A stretch of DNA of 31,383 bases from a virus (Duplodnaviria; Caudoviricetes): positions 1 to 31,383 of IMG/VR virus record IMGVR_UViG_3300017651_000084; one strand, given 5' to 3'. Both the position numbers and the translations under genes were made by a program. This document shows, piece after piece, positions 7,005-15,098 of this stretch; the stretch's first letter is position 1; each line of letters starts with the position of its first letter. A model generated the notes under the pieces. The model had not been told where the DNA came from and searched no databases. It was given only the letters and a program-made list of their open reading frames with translations.

Positions 7005-7901
7005 ATGACTAAACTTTTACTTAATGAAAGTCCATTGGTGATAATCCCATCTTTAGCAAACGCTGTTGGACTTAATGAGAGCATCGTACTTCAACAGTTG
7101 CATTTTTGGGTAGAGAAAAGCACGAACATATATGACGGACATAAATGGGTTTATAACACATATGACGATTGGCAAGAGCAATTTCCTTTTTGGTCAATTA
7201 GAACAATTAAGAGAATTATTACTGGATTAGAGAACAATGGGTATTTAATAACCAGCAATTACAACAAGTTAAAAATCGACCGCACGAAATGGTACAGGAT
7301 TAACTATGAAAAATTAGAATCATTAGTGGCACGTCCAAGGGGACAAGTTGGCACTATGGACGTGCCAACTTGTCACGATGGAGGGGCCAACTTGGCACCA
7401 CCATTACCAGAGATTACTACAGAGATTACTACAGAGATAAAAAGAGAAGAAGAAGAAAACGCACGCGTCAATCAATTAAAAGTAAACAATCCTTTCTTGT
7501 TTTTTGAAGAAAATGGATTTGGAGCGATTAGCGGATATATGTCACAAAAAATAAAAGCTTGGTGCGAGGATCTATCAGATGAGCTTGTTGTTGAAGCTAT
7601 GAAACTAGCTGTAGAAAAAGGTGCTAAACATTGGAGTTACGTTGAAGCTATTTTAAGAGATTGGGTTGATAAAAATATTCAAACGGTCGAAGAAGTTCAT
7701 GCTGCTTTAATAAAACACCGAGAAGAACAAAAGAAAAAACAAGTTCAAAGAAGACCTAAACAGTCAATTCGACAAGAACAAATTCCCGAATGGCTAAACA
7801 ATCAATCACATTCTAACGAAATACCTCTTGATAATGCTTTTGAAGAGGAGAAGCGAAGGCTGCAAGAAGAACTGCAACAATACCAAAAGAAAAACGAATG
7901 A
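7005..7901 (+). CDS. Phage replication initiator with DnaD/DnaB_2 domain
   Basis: N-terminal wHTH (LLLNESPL...LA..VGLNESIVLQQLHFW...WVYNTY..W..QFPFWS); C-terminal WSYVEAILRDW motif. Confidence 0.9.
   Translation: MTKLLLNESPLVIIPSLANAVGLNESIVLQQLHFWVEKSTNIYDGHKWVYNTYDDWQEQFPFWSIRTIKRIITGLENNGYLITSNYNKLKIDRTKWYRINYEKLESLVARPRGQVGTMDVPTCHDGGANLAPPLPEITTEITTEIKREEEENARVNQLKVNNPFLFFEENGFGAISGYMSQKIKAWCEDLSDELVVEAMKLAVEKGAKHWSYVEAILRDWVDKNIQTVEEVHAALIKHREEQKKKQVQRRPKQSIRQEQIPEWLNNQSHSNEIPLDNAFEEEKRRLQEELQQYQKKNE
7320..7440. repeat. Replication origin iterons within the initiator gene
   Basis: GACAAGTTGGCAC 7342, GCCAACTTGTCAC 7364, GCCAACTTGGCAC 7386 and a partial copy at 7320 (22-bp period); CAGAGATTACTA x2.6 at 7408-7439. 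Confidence 0.75.
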
Positions 7902-7921
7902 ACGGACGGAAGTGAGCAAGA

Positions 7922-8314
7922 ATGCCTAAGTATCCATTGTGGATCAGAATTGAATATTTGGATTACGACATGCAGATAGGATACACAGGATGTGTATGTA
8001 CCAGGGCAGACTTGCTTGATGTGATTATTCGCCTAGATATCTATCAATCTAACATAAAGTACTTTGAGATAAACGGTGAAGCTCAGCTAAATCACGTATT
8101 AGTTACCTTGTATCAAGAGGCTGAAAAAGTAAGGAAAGAGAGAGGGCATGATATGAAACAAGGGAAAAGACCTACAAATAGACAAAAAGAGGCTATAGAA
8201 GCCGCAGGACTAAAAGCAAGTAATTGGTTAGTTGTTAAGAACCTCCAACATGAGAATGAATTACATATTGTGAATCGTTCATCCAACAAAACGAGAGTTA
8301 TTCGTTATGAGTAA
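7922..8314 (+). CDS. Hypothetical protein; C-terminal part resembles the small DUF6906-type phage proteins
   Basis: MKQGKRPT.RQK......GL...NWLVVK from an internal ATG at 8153 that has its own GAGAGGG RBS. Confidence 0.65.
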   Translation: MPKYPLWIRIEYLDYDMQIGYTGCVCTRADLLDVIIRLDIYQSNIKYFEINGEAQLNHVLVTLYQEAEKVRKERGHDMKQGKRPTNRQKEAIEAAGLKASNWLVVKNLQHENELHIVNRSSNKTRVIRYE

Positions 8315-8552
8315 AAGAAAAACAATCTGGAAGCCTTATAGATTAACTACAAGAGATCATGAGGAATTCAAACACGAAATCATTGAAGCAATGTTGGATT
8401 TAGATTTCGCCCTTCGATGCTACTATATCGCAATGAAAGACGATTTAGAACTAACCGAAAACGAGAGGTTAGACAACATGCAAAAGGCCCTTAAAGATGC
8501 ATTAAGAGCAACAGGAGATGCACTTCCAACAAACTCAATAAATTTTAATTAG
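8307..8552 (+). CDS. Hypothetical protein
   Basis: 81 aa; overlaps the upstream stop. Confidence 0.6.
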   Translation: MSKRKTIWKPYRLTTRDHEEFKHEIIEAMLDLDFALRCYYIAMKDDLELTENERLDNMQKALKDALRATGDALPTNSINFN

Positions 8553-8565
8553 TGAGAGTGAAAAT

Positions 8566-8745
8566 ATGAATGAATTAAGAAAAGGTCAAAAACAAGCAGA
8601 GGACTTTTACAAGAGTAAACTTCTTGAATTGAATTATTTTAAGCACTACGACGGCAGACAACTTTATGAGTTGAACCTCAGTGAACTAAAAGAAATATAT
8701 ACAAATCTTAAGGAAGAGAAGGGGCAAAAAGATGGATTTAAATAA
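8566..8745 (+). CDS. FbpA (Fur-regulated basic protein)-like small protein (59 aa, not in ORF track)
   Basis: MNELRKGQKQAEDFYKSKLLELNYFKHYDGRQLYELNLSELKEIY; contains the R.LYEL.LSEL signature. Confidence 0.72.
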   Translation: MNELRKGQKQAEDFYKSKLLELNYFKHYDGRQLYELNLSELKEIYTNLKEEKGQKDGFK

Positions 8746-9292
8746 ATACTTTGATATGCAACGTATTCTGGATGAACACATCTTAAACGAACATCCTGAA
8801 TTAAAAGAACAAGATAATCTGCCATGGAAGTTATTAGCCCTACAAGTGGAACTAGGTGAATGTGCAAACGAATGGCGCGGGTTTAAAAAATGGAGTAATA
8901 ACCAGGAACCTAGAACCAAGGCATTAAAATTTCCTGCCATGATGGAAGAGGACAAAGAGTATTACAATCCCTTGCTTGAAGAGTATGTAGATGGATTCCA
9001 TTTCGTTTTGTCAATTGGATTAGAATTGAAGATTCTTCCGCCTTACGAGATTACACCTTACATCTCAAAAAATACAACTGATCACTTTAATAACGTGTTT
9101 GAGGACATCTCAAACTTAAAAAAATCAATAAACGAAGATTGGGAAGTAGAAGAGATTGTTGAATTGTACGATGAACTTTTTAGAGGTTATATCGGATTAG
9201 GAGACATGCTTGGATTCACTTGGAATCAAATCGGACAAGCATATATAGCAAAGAATGAAATAAATCACGAAAGACAAGTAAACGGGTATTAA
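8732..9292 (+). CDS. dut: Dimeric all-alpha dUTPase (dUTPase_2)
   Basis: LALQVELGECANEWRGFKKWS, LLEEYVDGFHF, AY..KN..NHERQ..GY motifs. Confidence 0.9.
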   Translation: MDLNKYFDMQRILDEHILNEHPELKEQDNLPWKLLALQVELGECANEWRGFKKWSNNQEPRTKALKFPAMMEEDKEYYNPLLEEYVDGFHFVLSIGLELKILPPYEITPYISKNTTDHFNNVFEDISNLKKSINEDWEVEEIVELYDELFRGYIGLGDMLGFTWNQIGQAYIAKNEINHERQVNGY

Positions 9293-9293
9293 T

Positions 9294-9392
9294 ATGAACT
9301 TCTTCCGTGGCTGTTTTATATGCATTGTTCCAGCACTAATCATTTTGGCAGCTATGATCTATTTAGTAATTTGGTTGAATAACACATTTTAA
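9294..9392 (+). CDS. Small single-TM peptide (32 aa)
   Basis: MNFFRGCFICIVPALIILAAMIYLVIWLNNTF; starts 1 nt after the dUTPase stop. Confidence 0.5.
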   Translation: MNFFRGCFICIVPALIILAAMIYLVIWLNNTF

Positions 9393-9428
9393 GAAAAAGG
9401 TTTCAAGAATTCGAGGTGAGTATTTCGA

Positions 9429-9602
9429 ATGGCAGGTGCCTCTATTGTCGTAGGAAAGAAAAGTCAATGTTGCAATTGTTCAAAAGTTTTTGTTGTAACA
9501 AACGAAAAACTAGTTTGCTATTGTTCGAGAAAATGTGAATTTGAACATGATTTGTTTTACTGGAAACCAGCAGCAATATTACCTAATGAGAGTGGGAGAT
9601 AG
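9429..9602 (+). CDS. Small Cys-rich putative zinc-binding protein (57 aa)
   Basis: RBS GAGGTG; CCNC...YCSRKC. Confidence 0.65.
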   Translation: MAGASIVVGKKSQCCNCSKVFVVTNEKLVCYCSRKCEFEHDLFYWKPAAILPNESGR

Positions 9603-9603
9603 T

Positions 9604-9756
9604 ATGAAAACAAACCCACAACTAGAATTACAACGGAAAATTATCAAAGAAGAATATGACGATTTGAAATGCTTAAACTCATTGAAAGCAGCTGCTCTAA
9701 ATAATGAACTGGATAAGCTGAACAGGAAGAAAAGAAAAGGACGGAGGATAACATGA
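9604..9756 (+). CDS. Hypothetical protein (50 aa)
   Basis: RBS GGGAG supports ATG 9604; ATGA overlap with the next gene. Confidence 0.6.
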   Translation: MKTNPQLELQRKIIKEEYDDLKCLNSLKAAALNNELDKLNRKKRKGRRIT

Positions 9757-10295
9757 GGGATTATCTTAATTCTAATGAGAAAAACCAATTTATGGTCCTT
9801 CAGTCAATAGTACAACTGATGGACGGATTAAGAAATAGTGGGGTAGATGGTCCAAAAATTAGCAGCATGTTAGAAGATTGGAAAAGCCGAGGAAACATCA
9901 CAAAAGAAGAGCACAAGAACCTAAAAACAGCGGAAACATTCTTGAGAAAATTTTTATCCTCAGTTTATGAAAGGTTAAGCCCAAAGGATCAAGACCAACT
10001 AAAGAAGAAACTTGTTAAGTTTGATTTCAAGTTGATTGATGATTATACCCTAAAACAAATTGACCGTAATATTGCAGATAAAATCAACAATGCCACAATG
10101 CCAAGGCAACAATTCTATGACTGGTGTGTTGAAATCATGAATGTAAAGTGCAACGGATGCACAAAAGATTGGAATACCTGCGAGTTATTTGAAGTGTTTG
10201 ATAATAATTTGGTTCCAGAGAGTGGTTTCGACTGTAAAAACTGCAAATACGCGTATCAATCAGAGGATTATCAGGAGGTACGTGAAGATGCGTGA
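9753..10295 (+). CDS. Conserved phage protein with C-terminal Cys cluster (DUF5651-like)
   Basis: MRDYLN..EK; CNGC.K....C.L...C.NCKYAY. The family name is recalled from memory. Confidence 0.7.
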   Translation: MRDYLNSNEKNQFMVLQSIVQLMDGLRNSGVDGPKISSMLEDWKSRGNITKEEHKNLKTAETFLRKFLSSVYERLSPKDQDQLKKKLVKFDFKLIDDYTLKQIDRNIADKINNATMPRQQFYDWCVEIMNVKCNGCTKDWNTCELFEVFDNNLVPESGFDCKNCKYAYQSEDYQEVREDA

Positions 10296-10605
10296 TAACG
10301 AAATATCAGTGGATATTGAAAAGTTACATCAACTCTTTATGTCTGGAGAAAAGCTTTCAGTAATCGCTTATAAGTTTCAAGTGAGTGAAGGCTATATTCA
10401 GCGCTTAATCAGTAATGAACGAAAACAGAATCCAGATAAATGGCCAAAACGGAAAAAGAAAAAACAAACAATGGAAATTGATATTTATTCATGTGAAGAG
10501 TGTGGCAGAGCTTTTGGTGTTGAAGAGTGTGAGGATCCTAAAGTTTGCCCTTGTTGTGAAAGTGAATTATGGGAATATTCACATTCTGTAAAAATCACAA
10601 TCTGA
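10288..10605 (+). CDS. HTH plus zinc-ribbon protein
   Basis: RBS AGGAGG supports ATG 10288; LSVIAYKFQVSEGYIQRLIS HTH; CEEC...CPCC. Confidence 0.7.
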   Translation: MRDNEISVDIEKLHQLFMSGEKLSVIAYKFQVSEGYIQRLISNERKQNPDKWPKRKKKKQTMEIDIYSCEECGRAFGVEECEDPKVCPCCESELWEYSHSVKITI

Positions 10606-10640
10606 TAAAAAATCTTGAAGTAAATAATTGAGGTGAAAAT

Positions 10641-10811
10641 ATGACTAGAGAAGCTACGGGTTATAAATCGAAATATGATCATCCAAATGCATTTGGTAAA
10701 TTTCTCTGTATTATGTGTCAAAAGAAAAGTAAATTGCCTGCGAATTATTGCAAAAACTGTGGAAAAGAGCTGGAAGAATATCAGAAAAAAGGATTGAGGG
10801 TGGGAAGTTGA
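10641..10811 (+). CDS. Small zinc-ribbon protein (56 aa, not in ORF track)
   Basis: RBS GAGGTG; CIMC...YCKNCG. Confidence 0.65.
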   Translation: MTREATGYKSKYDHPNAFGKFLCIMCQKKSKLPANYCKNCGKELEEYQKKGLRVGS

Positions 10812-11062
10812 AGGTTCTAGTTAGCAAGGGAAACTATGAACAAGTTCGTGAAGCTGAAAAGGTAGCCGGAAAGAAAATCAAACATTTAAAAATGTACGTA
10901 CCAGATTGCGTGGACAATGTTTGGGGAGTATATCAAATTATCCGTTGCTATAAATCTATTAATAACTATTATTCAGAAATGAAACTAATAAAAAAGGCAG
11001 ACAGCGAAATCGATGCTCATTTAAAAGTAGTGGAATTAGTAAGGGAAATTAAGCAAAGTTGA
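10808..11062 (+). CDS. Hypothetical protein
   Basis: TTG 10808 overlaps the upstream TGA; RBS GAGGGTGG. Confidence 0.65.
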   Translation: MKVLVSKGNYEQVREAEKVAGKKIKHLKMYVPDCVDNVWGVYQIIRCYKSINNYYSEMKLIKKADSEIDAHLKVVELVREIKQS

Positions 11063-11097
11063 AAGAAAAAGCGACATAAACCAAAGGAGGAATTTTA

Positions 11098-11355
11098 GTG
11101 AAATATAAATATGAGAACGTTCAATCTGTCGAAGTTAAGGAGTCATTCAAAGCACATAAACACGATGATTCGTATGAAATTATAGAAACAATCGAAATAC
11201 CAGTTGGTGCTAAAGGTGTGATTGTATCAATGGGTAACAGTAGTATTGATAATTTTCAAAGTCATTACGATATCGAATTAAACATTGATGGTAAAGAAGT
11301 GGAAGCAAGTATTCATGAAGATGGTATGGAGAAACTTTTCAAACTATTTTATTAG
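11098..11355 (+). CDS. Hypothetical protein (beta-rich, possibly SH3-like)
   Basis: RBS AAAGGAGG; 85 aa. Confidence 0.72.
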   Translation: MKYKYENVQSVEVKESFKAHKHDDSYEIIETIEIPVGAKGVIVSMGNSSIDNFQSHYDIELNIDGKEVEASIHEDGMEKLFKLFY

Positions 11356-11385
11356 GTCGCAGTTCGAGAAAAGAGTTAAGGGGTG

Positions 11386-11565
11386 ATGGAGCTCTTGCCG
11401 AAATGGAAGGAAAACGAAAACAACGAGTATGAGGTGTTTATGTGTCAGCGTGGAATAATTACCATTCCTGCGCCCTTGAGGAAATTGCTTTCCCTAGATG
11501 ATAACGCATCAATTGTCGTCCGACTGGAAGACGATAAGCTTGTATTAATACCAAAAAAGGAGTGA
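11386..11565 (+). CDS. AbrB/MazE/SpoVT-family DNA-binding protein
   Basis: QRGIITIPAPLRKLLSL....IVVRLEDDKLVL.P swapped-hairpin pattern. Confidence 0.78.
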   Translation: MELLPKWKENENNEYEVFMCQRGIITIPAPLRKLLSLDDNASIVVRLEDDKLVLIPKKE

Positions 11566-11569
11566 TCAC

Positions 11570-11704
11570 ATGCCTGTAAGTAAACAAAAATTACAAAGGT
11601 TTATTGATTTACAACTCCATGAGATTAAAAAACAGAAGAAAGACTTATACACTTTCCTGTTGCAATTGAATGCATATTTAGCTGAAGGGAAGTTTGATGA
11701 ATGA
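11570..11704 (+). CDS. Small hypothetical protein (44 aa, not in ORF track)
   Basis: RBS AAGGAG; MPVSKQKLQRFIDLQLHE...GKFDE; ATGA overlap with the next gene. Confidence 0.6.
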   Translation: MPVSKQKLQRFIDLQLHEIKKQKKDLYTFLLQLNAYLAEGKFDE

Positions 11705-11889
11705 ACTTAAAATATTTGTTCTTTTGTAAAAACTGTGGAGCGCCTCAAGAAATACACGAGTATGTTGTGAAAGTCCACATGGTAAACCCAAGAGTACCAG
11801 GGTACCATTGCGACAATTGCAAGGAGATAAACTTTATGAGTCCTCAAAAGAAAATGGAACTAATTCAATTAGTCTATAAAAACAAATGA
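11701..11889 (+). CDS. Small zinc-ribbon protein
   Basis: CKNC...CDNC. Confidence 0.65.
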   Translation: MNLKYLFFCKNCGAPQEIHEYVVKVHMVNPRVPGYHCDNCKEINFMSPQKKMELIQLVYKNK

Positions 11890-11906
11890 ATTCGGAGGGT
11901 ATGAAC

Positions 11907-12395
11907 ATGATGAATCGAGCAGTCCTTGTTGGACGTTTAACTAAGGACCCGGAGTTAAGATATACACCATCAGGTGTAGCAGTAGCAACATTCACTTTAG
12001 CAGTTAATCGTACATTTACGAATCAACAAGGTGATCGCGAAGCGGATTTTATAAACATTGTTGTGTGGAGAAAACCTGCTGAAAATGTAGCCAATTTCTT
12101 AAAGAAAGGTTCATTAGCTGGAGTTGACGGACGCATCCAAACTAGAAACTATGAAGGGCAAGATGGTAGACGCGTTTATATTACAGAAGTTATTGCTGAG
12201 TCTGTTCAATTTCTTGAACCTAAAAAAGATGGAGGATATCAAAGTCCGACAGATCCACCACCGATACATGAAAATTATCAATCTAATAATCAATCAAACA
12301 GCCAAACGACTCGTGGAAATGCACGAAATGATAATGATCCATTTGCAAATAGTGGACAACCAATTGATATATCAGATGACGACTTACCATTTTGA
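11907..12395 (+). CDS. ssb: Single-stranded DNA-binding protein
   Basis: [21 protein letters not shown]; acidic tail DISDDDLPF; RBS GGAGGG supports ATG 11907. Confidence 0.97.
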   Translation: MMNRAVLVGRLTKDPELRYTPSGVAVATFTLAVNRTFTNQQGDREADFINIVVWRKPAENVANFLKKGSLAGVDGRIQTRNYEGQDGRRVYITEVIAESVQFLEPKKDGGYQSPTDPPPIHENYQSNNQSNSQTTRGNARNDNDPFANSGQPIDISDDDLPF

Positions 12396-12415
12396 AAAAA
12401 GGTGGAGAATCCTGT

Positions 12416-12541
12416 ATGAAAAATAAAAAAAAGTATAAGAAATGGTTGCAGAAAAGCAGTAAGTTCCGAAATGAATTGAGAGTTAAAGAGTGTTGGAGAA
12501 ACATATTCGTGAAGAAAGGTATTTTAGAAGAAAGGGGATAA
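12416..12541 (+). CDS. Small basic protein (DUF3983-like, 41 aa)
   Basis: RBS AGGTGGAG; ...WRNIFVKKGIL. Confidence 0.6.
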   Translation: MKNKKKYKKWLQKSSKFRNELRVKECWRNIFVKKGILEERG

Positions 12542-12544
12542 TCA

Positions 12545-12703
12545 ATGATGCACGGCAAGGTACATGAGTGGAAAATGACGGAGAAGGAAAGACAAGAGTA
12601 TATAAAAAAATATCCTATAAAACAATCAACAAAGTCAAAGAGAAAAGGTAAAGCAGCATATAAAGACGTTTTATCAGGTAGAGATAGCCGAAAGGAAAAA
12701 TAA
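12545..12703 (+). CDS. Small basic hypothetical protein (52 aa)
   Basis: RBS AAAGGGG; MMHGKVHEWKMTEKERQEYIKKYP. Confidence 0.62.
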   Translation: MMHGKVHEWKMTEKERQEYIKKYPIKQSTKSKRKGKAAYKDVLSGRDSRKEK

Positions 12704-12768
12704 AAAAGCCAGGACTTCTCCTGACTGACCCTAACTTTATTATATCACAGGAGGAGTTCGGTTGTGAA
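12702..12768. promoter_or_regulatory. arpU leader: anti-SD hairpin and antisense promoter/terminator
   Basis: GGACTTCTCCTG 12712-12723 pairs with CAGGAGGAGTTC 12748-12759. Minus strand has TTCACA, 18 bp, extended -10 TGATATAAT, and an AGTCAGGA/TCCTGGCT hairpin with a T tract. Confidence 0.6.
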
Positions 12769-13219
12769 AAGACAAATGACAATAATCTTACCAGAAGTAA
12801 ATACGAAAGCTACAAGAAAAAAGGTAGAAGCTAAATTTGAAGATTATCGAAAATACTTAGTAACACTGCCTAGTGATTTTATTCCGAAAATCACACCTAC
12901 ATACTCGGTTATTCCTCCTGTTGTTACTAACTCGTTTCATAGTTCAACTGAAGATATAGCAATTGAGCGTATCGAACTAGAAAAATCAAGAAATGAGTTT
13001 ATGAGCAAAATTCACAAAGCTGTAAATACATTGAAGAACGACGAACGTTTCATTATTTTAAAGAAATATATGTGCCATGATATTGGATATGACTTGGATA
13101 TCTGGACTGAATTAGGAATCGGCAAAACTAAATACTATGAAGTAAAAGATAAAGCAATTTTACGATTAGCATTTGCTCTTAAAATTGAAGTGTATAAGAA
13201 AAAGAACGGGGGGAAATAA
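12764..13219 (+). CDS. ArpU-family late/packaging transcriptional activator
   Basis: LPEVN.KATRKKVE...P.IT.TYS...S.TE..A...A...L...ER.II...Y...IW.ELGI.KTKYY..K..A..RLAFAL. Confidence 0.88.
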   Translation: MKRQMTIILPEVNTKATRKKVEAKFEDYRKYLVTLPSDFIPKITPTYSVIPPVVTNSFHSSTEDIAIERIELEKSRNEFMSKIHKAVNTLKNDERFIILKKYMCHDIGYDLDIWTELGIGKTKYYEVKDKAILRLAFALKIEVYKKKNGGK

Positions 13220-13221
13220 TC

Positions 13222-13764
13222 ATGAACCTCGTTCAACCCATACGTGATAGAGAGCTCCTTCAAGAAATAAAGAAATCCTTAAAGAGAGAAAACGAGAGGA
13301 ATTATATTTTATTCTTGTTAGGAATTAATACGGGACTTAGGATATCAGATATTTTGAGATTAAGAGTACGTGACGTTCAAGGCTGGGATATCTATATAAG
13401 GGAAAAGAAGACTGGAAAGCCCAAACAAATTAAAATGCCTGGAGAACTTAAGAAAGAAATTAGGAACTATGTAAAGGATAAAGATTCGTCTGAATTTTTG
13501 ATTAAAAGCAGAGAAGGGAAGAACAAGCCAATCACTCGAGGAATGGCATATGTAATTTTAAGTGAAATTGCAGAAGAATTTGATTTAGAACGAATTGGTA
13601 CCCATTCTCTAAGAAAGACATACGGGTATCATCACTATAAGCAATTTAAAGATGTTGCAGCTCTTCAAAAAATATTTAACCATTCTGATCCAAGTATTAC
13701 CTTAAGATACATCGGTATTGAGCAAGATAGCTTGAATGAAATGCAACGTAAATTTAAGATTTAA
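13222..13764 (+). CDS. Tyrosine recombinase, catalytic domain only (180 aa)
   Basis: GINTGLRISD (R), EKKTGK (K), HSLRKT (HxxR), FNHS and TLRYIG (Y); complete catalytic set. Confidence 0.92.
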   Translation: MNLVQPIRDRELLQEIKKSLKRENERNYILFLLGINTGLRISDILRLRVRDVQGWDIYIREKKTGKPKQIKMPGELKKEIRNYVKDKDSSEFLIKSREGKNKPITRGMAYVILSEIAEEFDLERIGTHSLRKTYGYHHYKQFKDVAALQKIFNHSDPSITLRYIGIEQDSLNEMQRKFKI

Positions 13765-13787
13765 TGATTTCTATATTTTTTTATCTA

Positions 13788-13910
13788 TTTTTCAATTGTC
13801 TACAAATTTCATGTTGTCAAATTGAAAAAATAAAGTACCTATAAATATTGATTTTATAGGGATTGTTTGAAAGCTTCGAGTTGTACACATTATAGGTTAA
13901 AGCTAATTCA
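13788..13910. promoter_or_regulatory. Candidate recombinase target region with stacked inverted repeats
   Basis: TTTTTCAATT-N22-AATTGAAAAA (13788-13829); CCTATAAA-N7-TTTATAGG (13838-13860); imperfect dyad GAGTTG...TAATTC (13878-13909). Confidence 0.45.
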
Positions 13911-13998
13911 CTAATTGAGAATGAGAGGGCATTTTAGATTCAAAAGTGCTCAAAATCAAATGAAATACTTATGCTAATACGACAAAAAAAGTAAAGGG

Positions 13999-14439
13999 AT
14001 GAAAGTAATGAGGGAAATTAAGTTTCGTGCTTGGGATAAAGTTTATGAACATTTCCACGAAGGAGATATTGCTAGGGAATATGTCTTAGGTGATTTTTTA
14101 AACAATCCAGAATACGAAGTAACGCAATACACTGGCTTACTCGATAAGAACGGTAAGGAGATTTACGAAGGGGATATATTAAGAGTTCCTGTTGACATTA
14201 ATCAAGAAACTCATGGTTGCTATTCTTTACATGAAATAATCCTGAAAAAAGGAGTAGTCATCACCAAATATTTAATATCTGAAAAAGGAAGAATCTTGCC
14301 GAGGGGATATGCGGCGGGGTTCTTACTAGATAGCTATAACTTTGATAACAAAACATTCTTATTTAACGATAATCCAACCATGGAAACAAGAGTTGAAGTA
14401 ATCGGCAACATTTACGAAAATGCAGATTTATTTTTGTAA
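13999..14439 (+). CDS. YopX-family protein
   Basis: MREIKFRAWDK...QYTGL.DKNGKEIYEGDI...EVIGNIYEN. Confidence 0.92.
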   Translation: MKVMREIKFRAWDKVYEHFHEGDIAREYVLGDFLNNPEYEVTQYTGLLDKNGKEIYEGDILRVPVDINQETHGCYSLHEIILKKGVVITKYLISEKGRILPRGYAAGFLLDSYNFDNKTFLFNDNPTMETRVEVIGNIYENADLFL

Positions 14440-14485
14440 TAGTTCGGGGCTAGTACTGAAAGTTTTGGGTAAGGAGGGCGTGGAA

Positions 14486-14860
14486 ATGGAGTATGACGAG
14501 AAAGTAATTAGGGCTAAAAGACGAATAGAGTTTCTGCGAAAAGTGCACGGATTGAGAAAAAAAGATATTTGTAAAGCTATGGGATTTAGTAGACAACATT
14601 ATCATGAAAAGTACCAAAATAGTCCTGTTTTAAGCGTTAAATCGCTTATAGGAATTACAAATTTGTTAGGAATTTCTGAATATGACTTGTTGCATTCATT
14701 AGATACAGAATTTAATGAATTGCCAATTGTTAAGGCTTTTCTTGAATACTCTGAAGCTTGGGATAAGTATCAAAGTTTAAAGATAGGAAAATGGGATTGC
14801 GAACCATTTAACAACATTGGTGTTGATTGGTTAGATCCGAAAGACCAAAAAGCGAATTAG
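14486..14860 (+). CDS. XRE-type HTH protein with C-terminal extension
   Basis: RBS AAGGAGG; IEFLRKVHGLRKKDICKAMGFSRQHY...LLGIS..DL. Confidence 0.7.
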   Translation: MEYDEKVIRAKRRIEFLRKVHGLRKKDICKAMGFSRQHYHEKYQNSPVLSVKSLIGITNLLGISEYDLLHSLDTEFNELPIVKAFLEYSEAWDKYQSLKIGKWDCEPFNNIGVDWLDPKDQKAN

Positions 14861-14875
14861 GAGGGTTTTTAAAAA

Positions 14876-15046
14876 ATGGATAAAATTGATTTATTACTTA
14901 GTGGCAAAGAAAGATATTTCTGTCATCGTTGTGAAGGACAAAAGGCTTATATTATTAAATCTTTTTATGAAGATAATGACAAAATTGAAGTTTACTATTG
15001 TCCAGAATGTAACAATGAATGGTCTAATGATGAAGAACATTGCTAG
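14876..15046 (+). CDS. Small zinc-ribbon protein (56 aa, not in ORF track)
   Basis: RBS AGGAGGG; CHRC...YCPECNNEW. Confidence 0.7.
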   Translation: MDKIDLLLSGKERYFCHRCEGQKAYIIKSFYEDNDKIEVYYCPECNNEWSNDEEHC

Positions 15047-15098
15047 TTCTCACTTCGAGAAAATTGACTAAAAGAGCGCAGTAAGAAAGGAGTATGAA

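Noticed and set aside
9535-9603. Upstream starts for ORFs 9535, 10189, 10748 and 14420
   Set aside because: They overlap better-supported genes; RBS-backed starts are at 9604, 10288, 10808 and 14486.
13878-13909. Chromosomal dif site
   Set aside because: Only loose resemblance to Bacillus dif; kept as a candidate phage recombinase site instead.
14886-15071. 61-aa ORF in the ORF track
   Set aside because: The overlapping frame 14876-15046 has the RBS and a clear zinc-ribbon motif.
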